A DNA stretch of 63,743 nucleotides, filler included, from Caldilineae bacterium (GCA_037446815.1; 7 parts of 5 records of this genome joined end to end with filler, not necessarily neighbours in it), one strand, 5' to 3'. Positions 51,113 to 60,874 are shown, counted from the whole stretch's first letter. A program made the numbers and translations. The notes: generated by a model not told the origin, from the letters alone.

Positions 51113-51559
51113 ATGCAAGGACGCATTGTTGCCGTTTGCACGAGCACAAAGAAAGGGGTCGCCAAGAAAGATGTGGGCGAGGCCGAGGCCCGCGTGGACT
51201 GGGGTCTGGTCGGCGATGCTCATGCGGCCGACTGGCACCGACAGGTGAGCCTGCTGGCGATAGAGAGCATTGACAAGATGCGGGCGCTTGGCCTGAAGGT
51301 TCGGCCTGGCAGTTTCGCCGAGAATCTTACCACGCAGGGGATTGATCTCCTGGCGCTGCCCATCGGGAGCCGCGTGCGCGTGGGCGAAGATGTGATCCTG
51401 GAGATCACCCAGCACGGGAAGATATGCCACGACAAGTGCGCCATTTACCGCGCGGCGGGCGACTGCGTCATGCCACGGGAGGGGATCTTCGCGCGGGTCA
51501 TCACGGGCGGAGTGATCCGAACCGGCGACGCGATCGTGCCGCTGGACAAAGGCGAGTAA
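51113..51559 (+). CDS. MOSC domain protein
   Basis: GDAHA, RQVSLL, FAENL, GKICH..C, CVMPREGIF. Confidence 0.9.
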   Translation: MQGRIVAVCTSTKKGVAKKDVGEAEARVDWGLVGDAHAADWHRQVSLLAIESIDKMRALGLKVRPGSFAENLTTQGIDLLALPIGSRVRVGEDVILEITQHGKICHDKCAIYRAAGDCVMPREGIFARVITGGVIRTGDAIVPLDKGE

Positions 51560-51563
51560 GTCC

Positions 51564-52541
51564 ATGGGTTGCGTGGATTCCTTCAACCGATCCATCAGTT
51601 ACCTGCGGGTTTCGGTTACGGATCGGTGCAACCTGCGCTGCGTGTATTGCATGCCGCCCGAGGGCGTGCCGTGGGTGCCACACGAGAACATCCTGCGCTA
51701 CGAGGAGATCGTGCGGGTGGTGCGCGTCGCCGCAGAGATGGGCATTACCAAGGTGCGACTGACCGGTGGCGAGCCGCTGGCCCGCGCAGATATCACGTCG
51801 CTGGTGAAGATGATCGCGGCGATACCGGGCGTGGATGACTTGGCGATGACTACCAACGGCATCCTGCTGGCGCAGTACGCGGAGGAACTGGCGAAGGCGG
51901 GGCTTCACCGCGTGAATGTGAGCCTGGACACGCTGCGGCCGGAGCGTTTCCGCGCCATCACGCGGCTGGGCAACCTTGAAGATGTGGAGCGGGGGCTCAA
52001 TGCAGCGCGGGAAGCGGGCCTTGAGCCTGTGAAGGTCAACACCGTGCTGATGCGCGGCGTGAACGATGATGAGATTGTGGATTTTGCGCGCCGGACGCTG
52101 CGCGAGCCGTTCCATGTGCGGTTCATTGAAGAAATGCCGGTGGGGGGCGCGGCAGAAATGCACTTCTTGCCTGTGGCGGAGGCCAGGGAGCGCATAGAGT
52201 CGGCTTTTGGCCCGCTGGTTGCGGCCTACCAGCGCGCGGGCAACGGCCCCGCATCTTACTATCGCATTCCGGGCGCGGTTGGGACTATCGGCTTCATCAG
52301 CGCGGTGAGCGAGCATTTCTGCCATGCTTGCAATCGGCTCCGCTTGACAGCGGACGGGCGACTGCGGCCCTGCCTGCTGTCGGACACGGAGATTCCGCTG
52401 CGAGAAGCGTTGCGGAGCGGCGTCGGCGACGAGGAACTAAAGCAGATTATCCTCTCGGCAGTGGCGGCGAAACCCGACGGACACCATCTGGACGCGGGCA
52501 TCTCCGTCTCCGGGCGGGGAATGTCGCAGATAGGGGGATAA
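51564..52541 (+). CDS. moaA: GTP 3',8-cyclase
   Basis: CNLRCVYC, CHACNRLR..PCL, C-terminal IGG. Confidence 0.96.
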   Translation: MGCVDSFNRSISYLRVSVTDRCNLRCVYCMPPEGVPWVPHENILRYEEIVRVVRVAAEMGITKVRLTGGEPLARADITSLVKMIAAIPGVDDLAMTTNGILLAQYAEELAKAGLHRVNVSLDTLRPERFRAITRLGNLEDVERGLNAAREAGLEPVKVNTVLMRGVNDDEIVDFARRTLREPFHVRFIEEMPVGGAAEMHFLPVAEARERIESAFGPLVAAYQRAGNGPASYYRIPGAVGTIGFISAVSEHFCHACNRLRLTADGRLRPCLLSDTEIPLREALRSGVGDEELKQIILSAVAAKPDGHHLDAGISVSGRGMSQIGG

Positions 52542-52609
52542 GGACACACCGGTGCAAATCGGCGAAACGGGAGCGTAGGTCAGAGTATAGGGTTCTCTCA
52601 ACGGCAACT

Positions 52610-53263
52610 ATGGACGACAAGACGCTTTCGGAGAAGGCTTTGGCGCTGCGGCGCAAGATGATTCGCGGATTCACCCGCCCCATCGTGAACCTGCTGTTTA
52701 GGGTGCGCGTGTACGGCCAGGAGCATTTTCCGCGCGGAGGCCCTTTGCTCGTGGTGAGCAATCACTTCCATTGGGCGGAGCCGCCGCTGCTGGCTCTGTC
52801 TAGCCCGTGGGACATAGAATTCCTGGGGGCGCGCGCCGCGATGATGCACAAGTGGGTCGGCTGGTTCATCCGCCTGTACCGCGCCATTCCGGTGGAGAAG
52901 ATGGGGATCAATGTGGAGGCTATTCGCGAGGCGATTGACCTGCTGCGCGCGGGCAAGGTGGTGGGCATCTTCCCGGAGGGGCGAACGCATTTGAATCACC
53001 TGAGCAGCGCGTGGCCTGGGGCGGCGTTTATCGCGCTGAAAGCGAAGGTGCCCGTGCTGCCTGTGGGCATCGTGGGGACTTTTGACGCTCCGCGGCATTG
53101 GCGAGCGTTTCGCCGCGCGCCGGTGGAAATCCGCATTGGTGAGGTTTTCGGGCCGCTGGAGTCGCCCCTCGCCGACCGAAAAGCAGCGCAGGAGTGGGCC
53201 AGCCGCGAGATCATGGGCCGCATTGCGTCGCTGCTGCCCGAGCGCATGCGGGGCGCGTTCTGA
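52610..53263 (+). CDS. Lysophospholipid acyltransferase (PlsC family)
   Basis: NHFHWAEPP (HX4D variant), IFPEG, VPVLPVGI. Confidence 0.85.
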   Translation: MDDKTLSEKALALRRKMIRGFTRPIVNLLFRVRVYGQEHFPRGGPLLVVSNHFHWAEPPLLALSSPWDIEFLGARAAMMHKWVGWFIRLYRAIPVEKMGINVEAIREAIDLLRAGKVVGIFPEGRTHLNHLSSAWPGAAFIALKAKVPVLPVGIVGTFDAPRHWRAFRRAPVEIRIGEVFGPLESPLADRKAAQEWASREIMGRIASLLPERMRGAF

Positions 53264-53315
53264 TGTCGTCCGCATGGCGGCGCGTGTTGGCGAATTGACG
53301 GGCTGTGGAGGAGTC

Positions 53316-54590
53316 GTGTCGCGGGTGAGCGTGCGGTATTGGGTGCGGGTGGCGATTCTGGCGGCGCTGGTGATGGGCCTCGCATGGGCTGCGGAGGCAC
53401 AATCGCCGGGGGAGGCGTGTGCCCCTTGTCATGAGCAACAGTGCGAGGGATGGGCGCAGTCGGCGCATGCCCGCGCATCGTCCGCCTACCAGGCCCTCGC
53501 TGCTTCGGCTGGCGCTGTGGCGGCGTGGGGGCCGTATGGGTGTCGCCAATGCCACGCGCCCGCGAGCGTATCAGGCGGGGATTCGGGTGTCTCGTGCGAA
53601 GCCTGCCATCTGCTGGATCGCGTGGGCAGGATGGGCGCGGGCGACTTCCACCTGGCGACCGACGGCGTCCTGCGCGGCGCAAGGGCCGTTCAGTCCCCCC
53701 ATCCGTTGGTGGCGTCGCCCCTCTTCTCCGACGCGCTCTTTTGCGCGGCGTGTCATGAGCAGTACCACCCAACGACCGGCGTTGTGCTCCAGGGCACATA
53801 TACGGAATGGCTGAACAGCGACGCCTCCCGCGAGGGCAAGACCTGCCAGACCTGCCACATGGCGAAGGACTTGCCGAGCCATGCATTTAGCGCGGGCGGC
53901 GCGGATGCAGCGGCGAAAGGGAAGGCACTCGCGGAAGCCATCGCGTTGGACGTGAAGTGGCCGGAATCGGCGCAGGCGGGCGCTCCGGTTGTCGTGGATG
54001 TGCGCCTGGAGAACGTGGCGGCCGGGCACGCCTTGCCCACGGGCAAGGTAGAGGGTTCGGAAATGTGGCTAGAGATGGCCGCCACGGTGGATGGGCAAAT
54101 GGTGTACACGGAGACGCTGCCCTATGGCGTGATGTATGCGGACGCCGAAGGCTCGCACGAGCCGCCTGTGTCATCGGCGGATGCGGCGAGCGTATTCAGC
54201 GATCACCGCCTGCCGCCCGGGCGCGCGGTTGTGGAACGATTCGCGTTCGTGGTGCCCTCGGACGCGCGCGGGAATTTGGCGGTTGAAGTGCGGCTGATGT
54301 ATCGGCAGACTCCGGCGTGGCTGTCCGAGAGGCTCGCGCTTCCTGCGTCGCCGGCTGTGGTGGTGCACCGCGCGTCGGCGTCGCTGGCGGTGCTGGAGCC
54401 GCCCGCGCGTCCGACGTATGTGCCGCCCACCGCAACCCCAGCCCCCATGGCAACCCCGACGCCTTCGGGCGGGCCGGACGAGAGCGCCGTGAGGGCCGAG
54501 GGCCAAGGTTGGCTTGGGCCGTTTTTCCTGGTGAGCGCCTTGCTGCTGATGGCGGTAACCGTGTGGGCGGTGAGGAGGCGCGCGGTGTAG
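53316..54590 (+). CDS. Exported pentaheme c-type cytochrome with C-terminal membrane anchor
   Basis: Signal peptide; CAPCH, CRQCH, CEACH, CAACH, CQTCH; Pro/Thr linker, TM and RRR tail. Confidence 0.85.
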   Translation: MSRVSVRYWVRVAILAALVMGLAWAAEAQSPGEACAPCHEQQCEGWAQSAHARASSAYQALAASAGAVAAWGPYGCRQCHAPASVSGGDSGVSCEACHLLDRVGRMGAGDFHLATDGVLRGARAVQSPHPLVASPLFSDALFCAACHEQYHPTTGVVLQGTYTEWLNSDASREGKTCQTCHMAKDLPSHAFSAGGADAAAKGKALAEAIALDVKWPESAQAGAPVVVDVRLENVAAGHALPTGKVEGSEMWLEMAATVDGQMVYTETLPYGVMYADAEGSHEPPVSSADAASVFSDHRLPPGRAVVERFAFVVPSDARGNLAVEVRLMYRQTPAWLSERLALPASPAVVVHRASASLAVLEPPARPTYVPPTATPAPMATPTPSGGPDESAVRAEGQGWLGPFFLVSALLLMAVTVWAVRRRAV

Positions 54591-54604
54591 GGGGTGGCGC
54601 TCGG

Positions 54605-55882
54605 CTATAGCCCGCGCATAGCGGCCAAGGATGCGGCCCTGCGGCTCAGCAGGTCAGCGTACAGGGCGACGATCTGGTCGGCGATGTTGACCCACGCGAA
54701 GCGCTGCGCCCATTGGCGGGCATTCTCCCCCATCTTGTCACGGAGTTCGGGCTCGTCCAGGAGAAGGCAGAGTTTCTCGGCCAGGGCGTTGGGGGAACTG
54801 GACGGGAACAGGAGGCCGGTGAGGCCGTCCTGGATGGTGTACATCAGGCCGCCGGCTTTGGATGCGATGACCGGGACACCGCAGGCCATGGCCTCCACCG
54901 CCACCATGCCGAAGGATTCGTAGTAGGAAGGCACAACGACAACATAGGCCGCAGAATAGTAGTAGGGCAGCGCGTCTTGGTCTTTTGACCCCAGAAACGT
55001 AACCAAATCCCGCAGTTCCAGGTGCTCCCGGAGTTCTCGCAGTCTTTGCTCTTCTGCGGAACGGGTGGCTTCGGTATCCTCACCCTCGCCGCCGATGATG
55101 GACACGCAGATATTGTCGCAGAAGCAGGGGGTTTCCTTCGCCAGGATCGCGATGGCGCGGAACAGCGTTTCAATGCCCTTGAGCGGCTCAATGCGGCCCA
55201 CATAGAGGATGAGTTTGCGCTCCTGGGGGATGCCGATGCGGGCCTTGGCGGTTTCGGGCGGGATGGGGCGGAATCGCTCCGTGTCCACGCCGGCGGGAAT
55301 GACGCGAATCTTCGCCGGATCCGCGCCGTAGAGCCACGCCATCTGCGCTTTCTCCAGGGGGCTAGCCGCCACCAGGCAGTCGGCCCACTGCATCACCTGT
55401 TCCTCAACGCGGATTCGCAGTTCGGTTTCCATCTCCTGCGGCGAGGCCGCGACGGCGTTCTTCATGTGCCCCAGGGTGTGGAACATGTGGGCAAACGGTA
55501 CTCCCCAGCGCTGCTGAAGTTTGTGCGCTACCCAACCCGAGAGCCAGTAGTGGCTGTGGATGAGGCTGTAGTGAATGCGCTCGCGTTCTGCGAAGCGGAT
55601 GAGGGCATCGGTAAACTCAGGCAGGTGCGCGTAGATTTGGTTCTTGTCGTATGGAGACTTAGGGCCCGCAGGGAGATGGATGACGCGGGCGTTGGGGCCG
55701 AAGTCGCGCATGGCGGGGGCATCGGGCGACTGTTGGCGTGTGAAGACGTCCACGGCCATCCCGCGGGCGCCGAGTTCGCGGGCCAGGTCGCGGACGTACA
55801 CGTTCATGCCCCCCGCCTCTTTGCCGCCCAGCGTGGCGAGCGGCGATGTATGGACGCTGATCATGGCGACGCGCAGGGACAC
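54605..55882 (-). CDS. GT4 glycosyltransferase, MshA-like
   Basis: HTSPL..GG..AGGMNVYV, HSHYWLSG, GRIEPLKG, ESFGMVAVEA. Confidence 0.85.
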   Translation of the reverse strand: MSLRVAMISVHTSPLATLGGKEAGGMNVYVRDLARELGARGMAVDVFTRQQSPDAPAMRDFGPNARVIHLPAGPKSPYDKNQIYAHLPEFTDALIRFAERERIHYSLIHSHYWLSGWVAHKLQQRWGVPFAHMFHTLGHMKNAVAASPQEMETELRIRVEEQVMQWADCLVAASPLEKAQMAWLYGADPAKIRVIPAGVDTERFRPIPPETAKARIGIPQERKLILYVGRIEPLKGIETLFRAIAILAKETPCFCDNICVSIIGGEGEDTEATRSAEEQRLRELREHLELRDLVTFLGSKDQDALPYYYSAAYVVVVPSYYESFGMVAVEAMACGVPVIASKAGGLMYTIQDGLTGLLFPSSSPNALAEKLCLLLDEPELRDKMGENARQWAQRFAWVNIADQIVALYADLLSRRAASLAAMRGL

Positions 55883-55896
55883 GCCTCAACTCCCGC

Positions 55897-56922
55897 CTAG
55901 GATTCCAGTGGCTCGGGGCTGACCAGCACGTTGTGGATGGTTGTGCGAATGGCCCCAAACCGGAACTTGTATTCCTCATCGCCACGCAGGAAGTCAAACT
56001 GGCGCCTGCCTGTCTCAATAGCGTGGCGAATGCAGTAGGACAGCAGGACGATTCCGGGGCTCAATGCGGCGTATTGCTCCGGATCGTAGCCGGAGTTGTA
56101 GACCAGGATGGCGTTGTCGTAGTCAAAGTTCAGCATGGTTGCGGCCGCTGTCCCGTTCACGTGTATGAACGCCAGGTTAAGCCATCCGTGTTGGAAGAAC
56201 GCGCGGCAAATATCCCGGAAGAAGCCCACCATCTTCTCGTCCATGAAGGCATCCTTCTCGGGGTTGCTCTTGCGATGGAGGCGGATGAAGTCGTCAATGT
56301 CGCGATCTAGCATTGCAGGGTCATCGGCGATGCGCCAGTGTGTTTCGGCGCTGGATTCTATGCGGCGCAGTTTCCGGCGGATTTCGTGCCGCTGCTTCTT
56401 GTCCAGGCTGTTCAGGTACTCGTCCCATGTGGCAGGCAGCGGGATGACCGGGCAGACCTCTTGCACACTGGTGTGGGCATACAGGCCCCGCTGCTGGGCC
56501 AGGCGCGTGATGCTTTCGTGGGTTGGGGATGCCTGCCGGATGTTACACAGGTCAACATAATGCCAGGAAGGTGCGTCGGCAGCGGTAAGGTAGTCTAGGA
56601 CGGCCGAGTACAGCGCATTCTCGTACCCGGGCGCAGCAATGACATCTAAATAGTCGGAGACGTCCACGCAGCCAACCCAGCGGAAGGTGTGGCGGCCTGC
56701 CGGGCTGATCACGCGGCACAGGGGGGCGATGCCCACGAGCGTGCCGTCATCCTTGCGCAGAACGACAAGGTGCAGTTCACCCTCGCCGAGATGCCTCCAC
56801 CACGTGGCTTGCCACTCCCACGTCAGGAAAATGGTGCGGAGAGGGCTGCGCGCCAGGAGGTCATTCCATTCAGGCTGCAATTGCCCAAAACTGTTTGGTT
56901 GGGACAAGATTTGGGTATTCAT
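55897..56922 (-). CDS. GNAT family (CelD/BcsL-like) acetyltransferase
   Basis: FLTWEW, GIAPL, SDYLD, YNSGYD..LSPG, FDFLRGDEEYK. Confidence 0.85.
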   Translation of the reverse strand: MNTQILSQPNSFGQLQPEWNDLLARSPLRTIFLTWEWQATWWRHLGEGELHLVVLRKDDGTLVGIAPLCRVISPAGRHTFRWVGCVDVSDYLDVIAAPGYENALYSAVLDYLTAADAPSWHYVDLCNIRQASPTHESITRLAQQRGLYAHTSVQEVCPVIPLPATWDEYLNSLDKKQRHEIRRKLRRIESSAETHWRIADDPAMLDRDIDDFIRLHRKSNPEKDAFMDEKMVGFFRDICRAFFQHGWLNLAFIHVNGTAAATMLNFDYDNAILVYNSGYDPEQYAALSPGIVLLSYCIRHAIETGRRQFDFLRGDEEYKFRFGAIRTTIHNVLVSPEPLES

Positions 56923-56967
56923 ATAGGCGGGCCAAGTCTATTTGTGATTGTGTACAGGGCAAGCCCC

Positions 56968-56997
56968 ATTGTACCACCGAGTGCGCCGTCATAACAA
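56968..56997 (-). promoter_or_regulatory. sigma70 promoter TTGTTA-N18-TACAAT (extended -10)
   Basis: taacaa 56992-56997 and attgta 56968-56973 on +. Confidence 0.55.
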
Positions 56998-57012
56998 AAG
57001 GGCGGGCCGGCG

Positions 57013-58094
57013 GAGTCGGCTTCATCTTGTGTTGGTGAAACGCATGGGCACTCTCCTCGTGTGTCGTTGCGAGCGAAGCGAAGCAACCTCACGCCCCAGA
57101 GATTGCTTCGGGCGCTCCGCGCCCTCGCAATGACAAATACCAACAGACTTTGGAACCGAATCCGATGGCGTGCGTCGGAGTTTGTTGTGCGCGCACGCTT
57201 TGCCCTGTGTCGGTGGGCCACGCCACACCCTCCTCGTGCGTTCGCGCGATCGTGGTGAATCCATCTCGTGGGGCGATAACCGCGAACAACGCGGGTTGCT
57301 CGGATAGGCGCGCGAGATTCTGAGCCGCGAAGCGGCGAAGGATGACAGGACAACGGGCCACCACGCACTGGGAGAGGGCCTGGAAGGGGGAGATCGCTGC
57401 GGGCGCGGTGGGCTATCGCAATGAGGGCAACCAACAGGCCCCGGAACCGAATCGCGGAGAGGACTCGGTTCCATCTTGTGTTGGTCTGCCCCGCGCACCG
57501 CCTCTCCGCTCTGTCATGCTGAGCCGAAGGCGAAGCATCTCGGTCAGCGAGATTCTTCGCGGCTTCGCCGCTCAGAATGACGGTGGATGCCAACAGACTT
57601 TGGAACCGACTCGCGAGGGGATTCGGTTGCAAACTGTGTTGGTCTGTCCCGCGCGCCGCCTCCCCACTCTGTCATGCTGAGCCGAAGGCGAAGCATCTCG
57701 GTCAGCGAGATTCTTCGCGGCTTCGCCGCTCAGAATGACGGTGGATGCCAACAGACTTTGGAACCGACTCGCGAGGGGATTCGGTTGCAAACTGTGTTGG
57801 TCTGTCCCGCGCGCCGCCTCCCCACTCTGTCATGCTGAGCCGAAGGCGAAGCATCTCGGTCAGCGAGATTCTTCGCGGCTTCGCCGCTCAGAATGACGGT
57901 ACATGCCAACAGACTTTGGAACCGACTCGCGAGAGGGATTCGGTTCCAAAGTCTGTTGGTATTTGTCATTGCGAGGGCGCGGAGCGCCCGAAGCAATCTC
58001 TGGGGCGTGAGGTTGCTTCGCTTCGCTCGCAACGACACACGAGGAGAGTGTCCATGCGTTTCACCAACACGAGATGAAACCGACTCGCGAGAGG
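57013..58094. mobile_element. Six-unit MITE array: A(+) 57013-57162, mosaic ~57171-57453, B x3 (57462-57612, 57620-57770, 57778-57928), A(-) 57937-58086
   Basis: Shared TIRs; 158-bp tandem period; GCGAGAGG duplicated at 57929 and 58087. Confidence 0.88.
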
Positions 58095-58101
58095 GGAGAA
58101 T

Positions 58102-58130
58102 TTGCTACGGAGCGAGATGTGTGGTATCCT
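58102..58130 (+). promoter_or_regulatory. glnA promoter TTGCTA-N17-TATCCT (extended -10)
   Basis: Boxes read directly; 15 nt after the MITE end. Confidence 0.6.
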
Positions 58131-58135
58131 ATACT

Positions 58136-58207
58136 CCCATGAACGAGCCGAGAAACGTTCATGGGCGACGTGGCCCGCAACCCCTGGGTTGGCGGGTCTT
58201 TTGTTTT
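58136..58207 (+). promoter_or_regulatory. glnA 5' leader with terminator and competing hairpin
   Basis: cccatgaacg/cgttcatggg stem; gggc-gacgtg-gccc; ggcccgcaacc/ggttggcgggtc followed by ttttgtttt. Confidence 0.6.
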
Positions 58208-58249
58208 GTGTGAGGCTTCGCATTTCACATCCTGAAGGAGGTAGGGGAC

Positions 58250-59614
58250 ATGGCAAGCGATGCGATCCACAATTGGAAACGACTTACCCGGGAAGAGGTG
58301 CTCCAGCAGGTGGAACAGGTGCGCGTGCGGTTCGTGCATTTGCAGTTTACCGACGTGGTTGGCATAGTCAAGGGCGTTACCCTGCCGGTGGACCAGTTGG
58401 AGGGCGCCATGACCCATGGCGTCTGGTTTGACGGGTCGTCCATTGCGGGATTCGCCCGCATTGCCGAGAGCGACATGTACCTGGTGCCCGACCCGTCCAC
58501 GTTCGCGCTGGTGCCGTGGGAGAGCGGCGATGATGTGCGAACGGCGCGTCTCCTCTGCGACGTGTACACGCCGCACGGCGAGCCTTTTGCAGGGGACCCG
58601 CGACAGGTGCTCCGCCGCATGATGGGTAAGGCCGCCGAGATGGGATTCCTGTACAACACGGGCCCGGAATTGGAATTCTTCCTCTTCCGCCGGGACCAGA
58701 ACGGCTATGGCACCCCCTTGCTCCACGACCAGGGAGGTTATTTTGACCAGTCCACAGACAGGGCCGTGGAGGTCCGCAAGTTCATGGTCAACGCGCTGAA
58801 GGCCTTCGGCATTCGCGTAGAGGCGAGCCACCACGAGGTTGCGCCTGGGCAGCATGAGATTGACTTTGAGTACGCCGACGCGCTTCACGCGGCCGACAAC
58901 GCGGTAACGTTCAAGTACGCGCTGAAGGCGGTGGCGAGCGCATTTGGTCTGCATGCGACGTTTATGCCGAAACCTGTGGGGGGCATCAACGGCTCCGGAA
59001 TGCACGTGCATCAGAGCCTGGTGTACCTGGATTCGGGCAAGAATGCCTTCGCCGATCCCAGCGATCGCTATGGGCTGTCGGCTGTGGCTCGTCATTTCAT
59101 CGCCGGGCAGATGGCGCACGCCCGGGGGATGAGCGCGGTGCTGTCACCGCTGGTGAACTCGTACAAGCGGCTGGTGCCGGGGTATGAGGCCCCCGTCTAC
59201 ATCAGTTGGGCACGGATCAACCGCTCGGCTTTGCTGCGGGTGCCCCAGGTAAGCCCGGCGAAGGTGGAGCACACGCGCGTGGAGTTGCGGTGCCCAGACC
59301 CGTCGTGCAACCCCTACCTGGCGTTTGCCGTGATGCTGGCGGCAGGACTGGATGGGATTCGGCGCAAGTTGGAGCCGCCCGATCCCGCCGAGGAGGACTT
59401 GTACCATCTGCCTGCGGAGAAGCGGCAGAAGCACAAGACGCTGCCCGGCTCGCTGTGGGAAGCGTTGCAGGAATTGCAGCGCGACGAGGTCATCAAGGAA
59501 GCGCTAGGGTCCCATGCCTACGAGCGATTTGTGGAGGCCAAGACGCAGGAGTGGGATGAGTACCGAACCTGCGTGCACCAGTGGGAATTGGATCGCTACC
59601 TGAATATCTACTAG
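58250..59614 (+). CDS. glnA: Glutamine synthetase type I (alpha-like)
   Basis: FDGSSIAG, GPELEFF, HHEVAPGQHE, NGSGMH, NSYKRLVPGYEAP, NRSA, ELRCPD. Confidence 0.96.
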   Translation: MASDAIHNWKRLTREEVLQQVEQVRVRFVHLQFTDVVGIVKGVTLPVDQLEGAMTHGVWFDGSSIAGFARIAESDMYLVPDPSTFALVPWESGDDVRTARLLCDVYTPHGEPFAGDPRQVLRRMMGKAAEMGFLYNTGPELEFFLFRRDQNGYGTPLLHDQGGYFDQSTDRAVEVRKFMVNALKAFGIRVEASHHEVAPGQHEIDFEYADALHAADNAVTFKYALKAVASAFGLHATFMPKPVGGINGSGMHVHQSLVYLDSGKNAFADPSDRYGLSAVARHFIAGQMAHARGMSAVLSPLVNSYKRLVPGYEAPVYISWARINRSALLRVPQVSPAKVEHTRVELRCPDPSCNPYLAFAVMLAAGLDGIRRKLEPPDPAEEDLYHLPAEKRQKHKTLPGSLWEALQELQRDEVIKEALGSHAYERFVEAKTQEWDEYRTCVHQWELDRYLNIY

Positions 59615-59775
59615 CGCTTTGCGTCGCGGGCATCGGCGCGGCAGGCGCTTGCCCGGTCGCGCCGCAGGCTTCTGTCCTCGGCGTGGGGCCGGTTTGACAG
59701 GCACCGGCGTTGCTGCTACGCTGCCGCCGAAGTTGCAGGAGAGCCGTGGGATGTGTCACGAAAGGAGGTGCAGCA

Positions 59776-60804
59776 GTGCAAGACAGGGGTTTCGCGCTGA
59801 TTCTCAAGGCCATTGACGTTTCGCTGGACGTGCGAAAACTGGGAGTCGCAGTGGTGGGGCTGGCGGCGACGCTGGGGGCAGCGGCATTTCTGTCCTTCCT
59901 GGGGAGCCGCACCGGGGATGCAGGGCTGGTGCTCTTTACCCTGCTGGCGGCACTTGCGATGTGGGTCGGGATATCCCTGGTGTACGGCGCGATTACTCGC
60001 TTGAGTTACCTTCACCTCACGCAGGGCAACCCGGGGTCGTGGCGGGATGCGCTCAGTTACGCGATGGGCCATCTGGCGAGCCTGATGTTTACAGGCCTGG
60101 TGCTCGCCCTCGCGGTGCTGGGGGTCTTCCTCGTGGAGATCATCGTGCTGCTGTTGGGGCGCATTCCGTACCTGGGGGAACTCATCGCTTCGGCGGCGTT
60201 TCTGCCGTTAACCATCCTCAACGCGTTTGTGCTCCTGGTGATCACCGTCGGGTCGTGGCTTATCTATCCTGCCATCGCGGCCGAGGGGACCGGCGTCGTC
60301 GGCACTATCCAGCGCGTCGTGGGGCTGGTGCGGCGGTCGCCCGGGCAGGTGGTGATGTACATCGCGATTGCCATCATTGCCGTCGGGTTCGCGTCGTGGA
60401 TCATCTTCGGGCTGGGCTATGGCGGGGCGGCCCTCACGGCAGTCGCCACGATGATCGGGGCAGGCTCGCGAATCGGACGGCTCTTTGACATCTGGCCGGG
60501 AATGGGCGGCTATATGATGCCGTATGGGATGGGCTGGACGCCGTACCGCGCTGCGAGCCTGCCCTTCACCATGTACCTTGCCCAACTGGTTTACGCGATT
60601 GGTATCGCGGGGCTGGTGGCGATTGTGGCCGCATTCCCGGTGGTGTTCCTCATGTCTGCGGCGACGGCCACGTATCTGAATGTGGCAGAGCGGAAGGCGT
60701 CGGGAATTGCGGGGGAAGGCGAGGCCCAGGCACACTGCCCGAAATGCGGAAGCGCAGTGCAGGCCGGGCAGAAGTTCTGCTCCAATTGTGGGGCGGCGCT
60801 ATAG
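59776..60804 (+). CDS. Multi-TM membrane protein with C-terminal zinc ribbon
   Basis: Hydrophobic helices; CPKCG...FCSNCG; AAGGAGG RBS. Confidence 0.75.
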   Translation: MQDRGFALILKAIDVSLDVRKLGVAVVGLAATLGAAAFLSFLGSRTGDAGLVLFTLLAALAMWVGISLVYGAITRLSYLHLTQGNPGSWRDALSYAMGHLASLMFTGLVLALAVLGVFLVEIIVLLLGRIPYLGELIASAAFLPLTILNAFVLLVITVGSWLIYPAIAAEGTGVVGTIQRVVGLVRRSPGQVVMYIAIAIIAVGFASWIIFGLGYGGAALTAVATMIGAGSRIGRLFDIWPGMGGYMMPYGMGWTPYRAASLPFTMYLAQLVYAIGIAGLVAIVAAFPVVFLMSAATATYLNVAERKASGIAGEGEAQAHCPKCGSAVQAGQKFCSNCGAAL

Positions 60805-60874
60805 GGGACCGTGTCGCCGGCCCGATGGGCGGCAGACTTGGTTGCGAGGGGTCGGGAACCGAGGCCGTTCGGTG

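Noticed and set aside
54605..55882. Mycothiol pathway supplying the Hdr thiol
   Set aside because: MshA-like GT4 enzymes are widespread; no mshB/C/D here, and it is on a different contig from the hdr operon.
57013..58094. CRISPR array or integron attC cassette array
   Set aside because: Units are 150-280 bp and repetitive rather than unique spacers or ORF cassettes; junction hairpins are abutting TIRs plus a target duplication; no cas or intI gene.
56919..58256. Short ORFs such as MSLRAKRSN... and VILSGEAAKNL...
   Set aside because: Translations of the palindromic repeat cores; no RBS or protein features.
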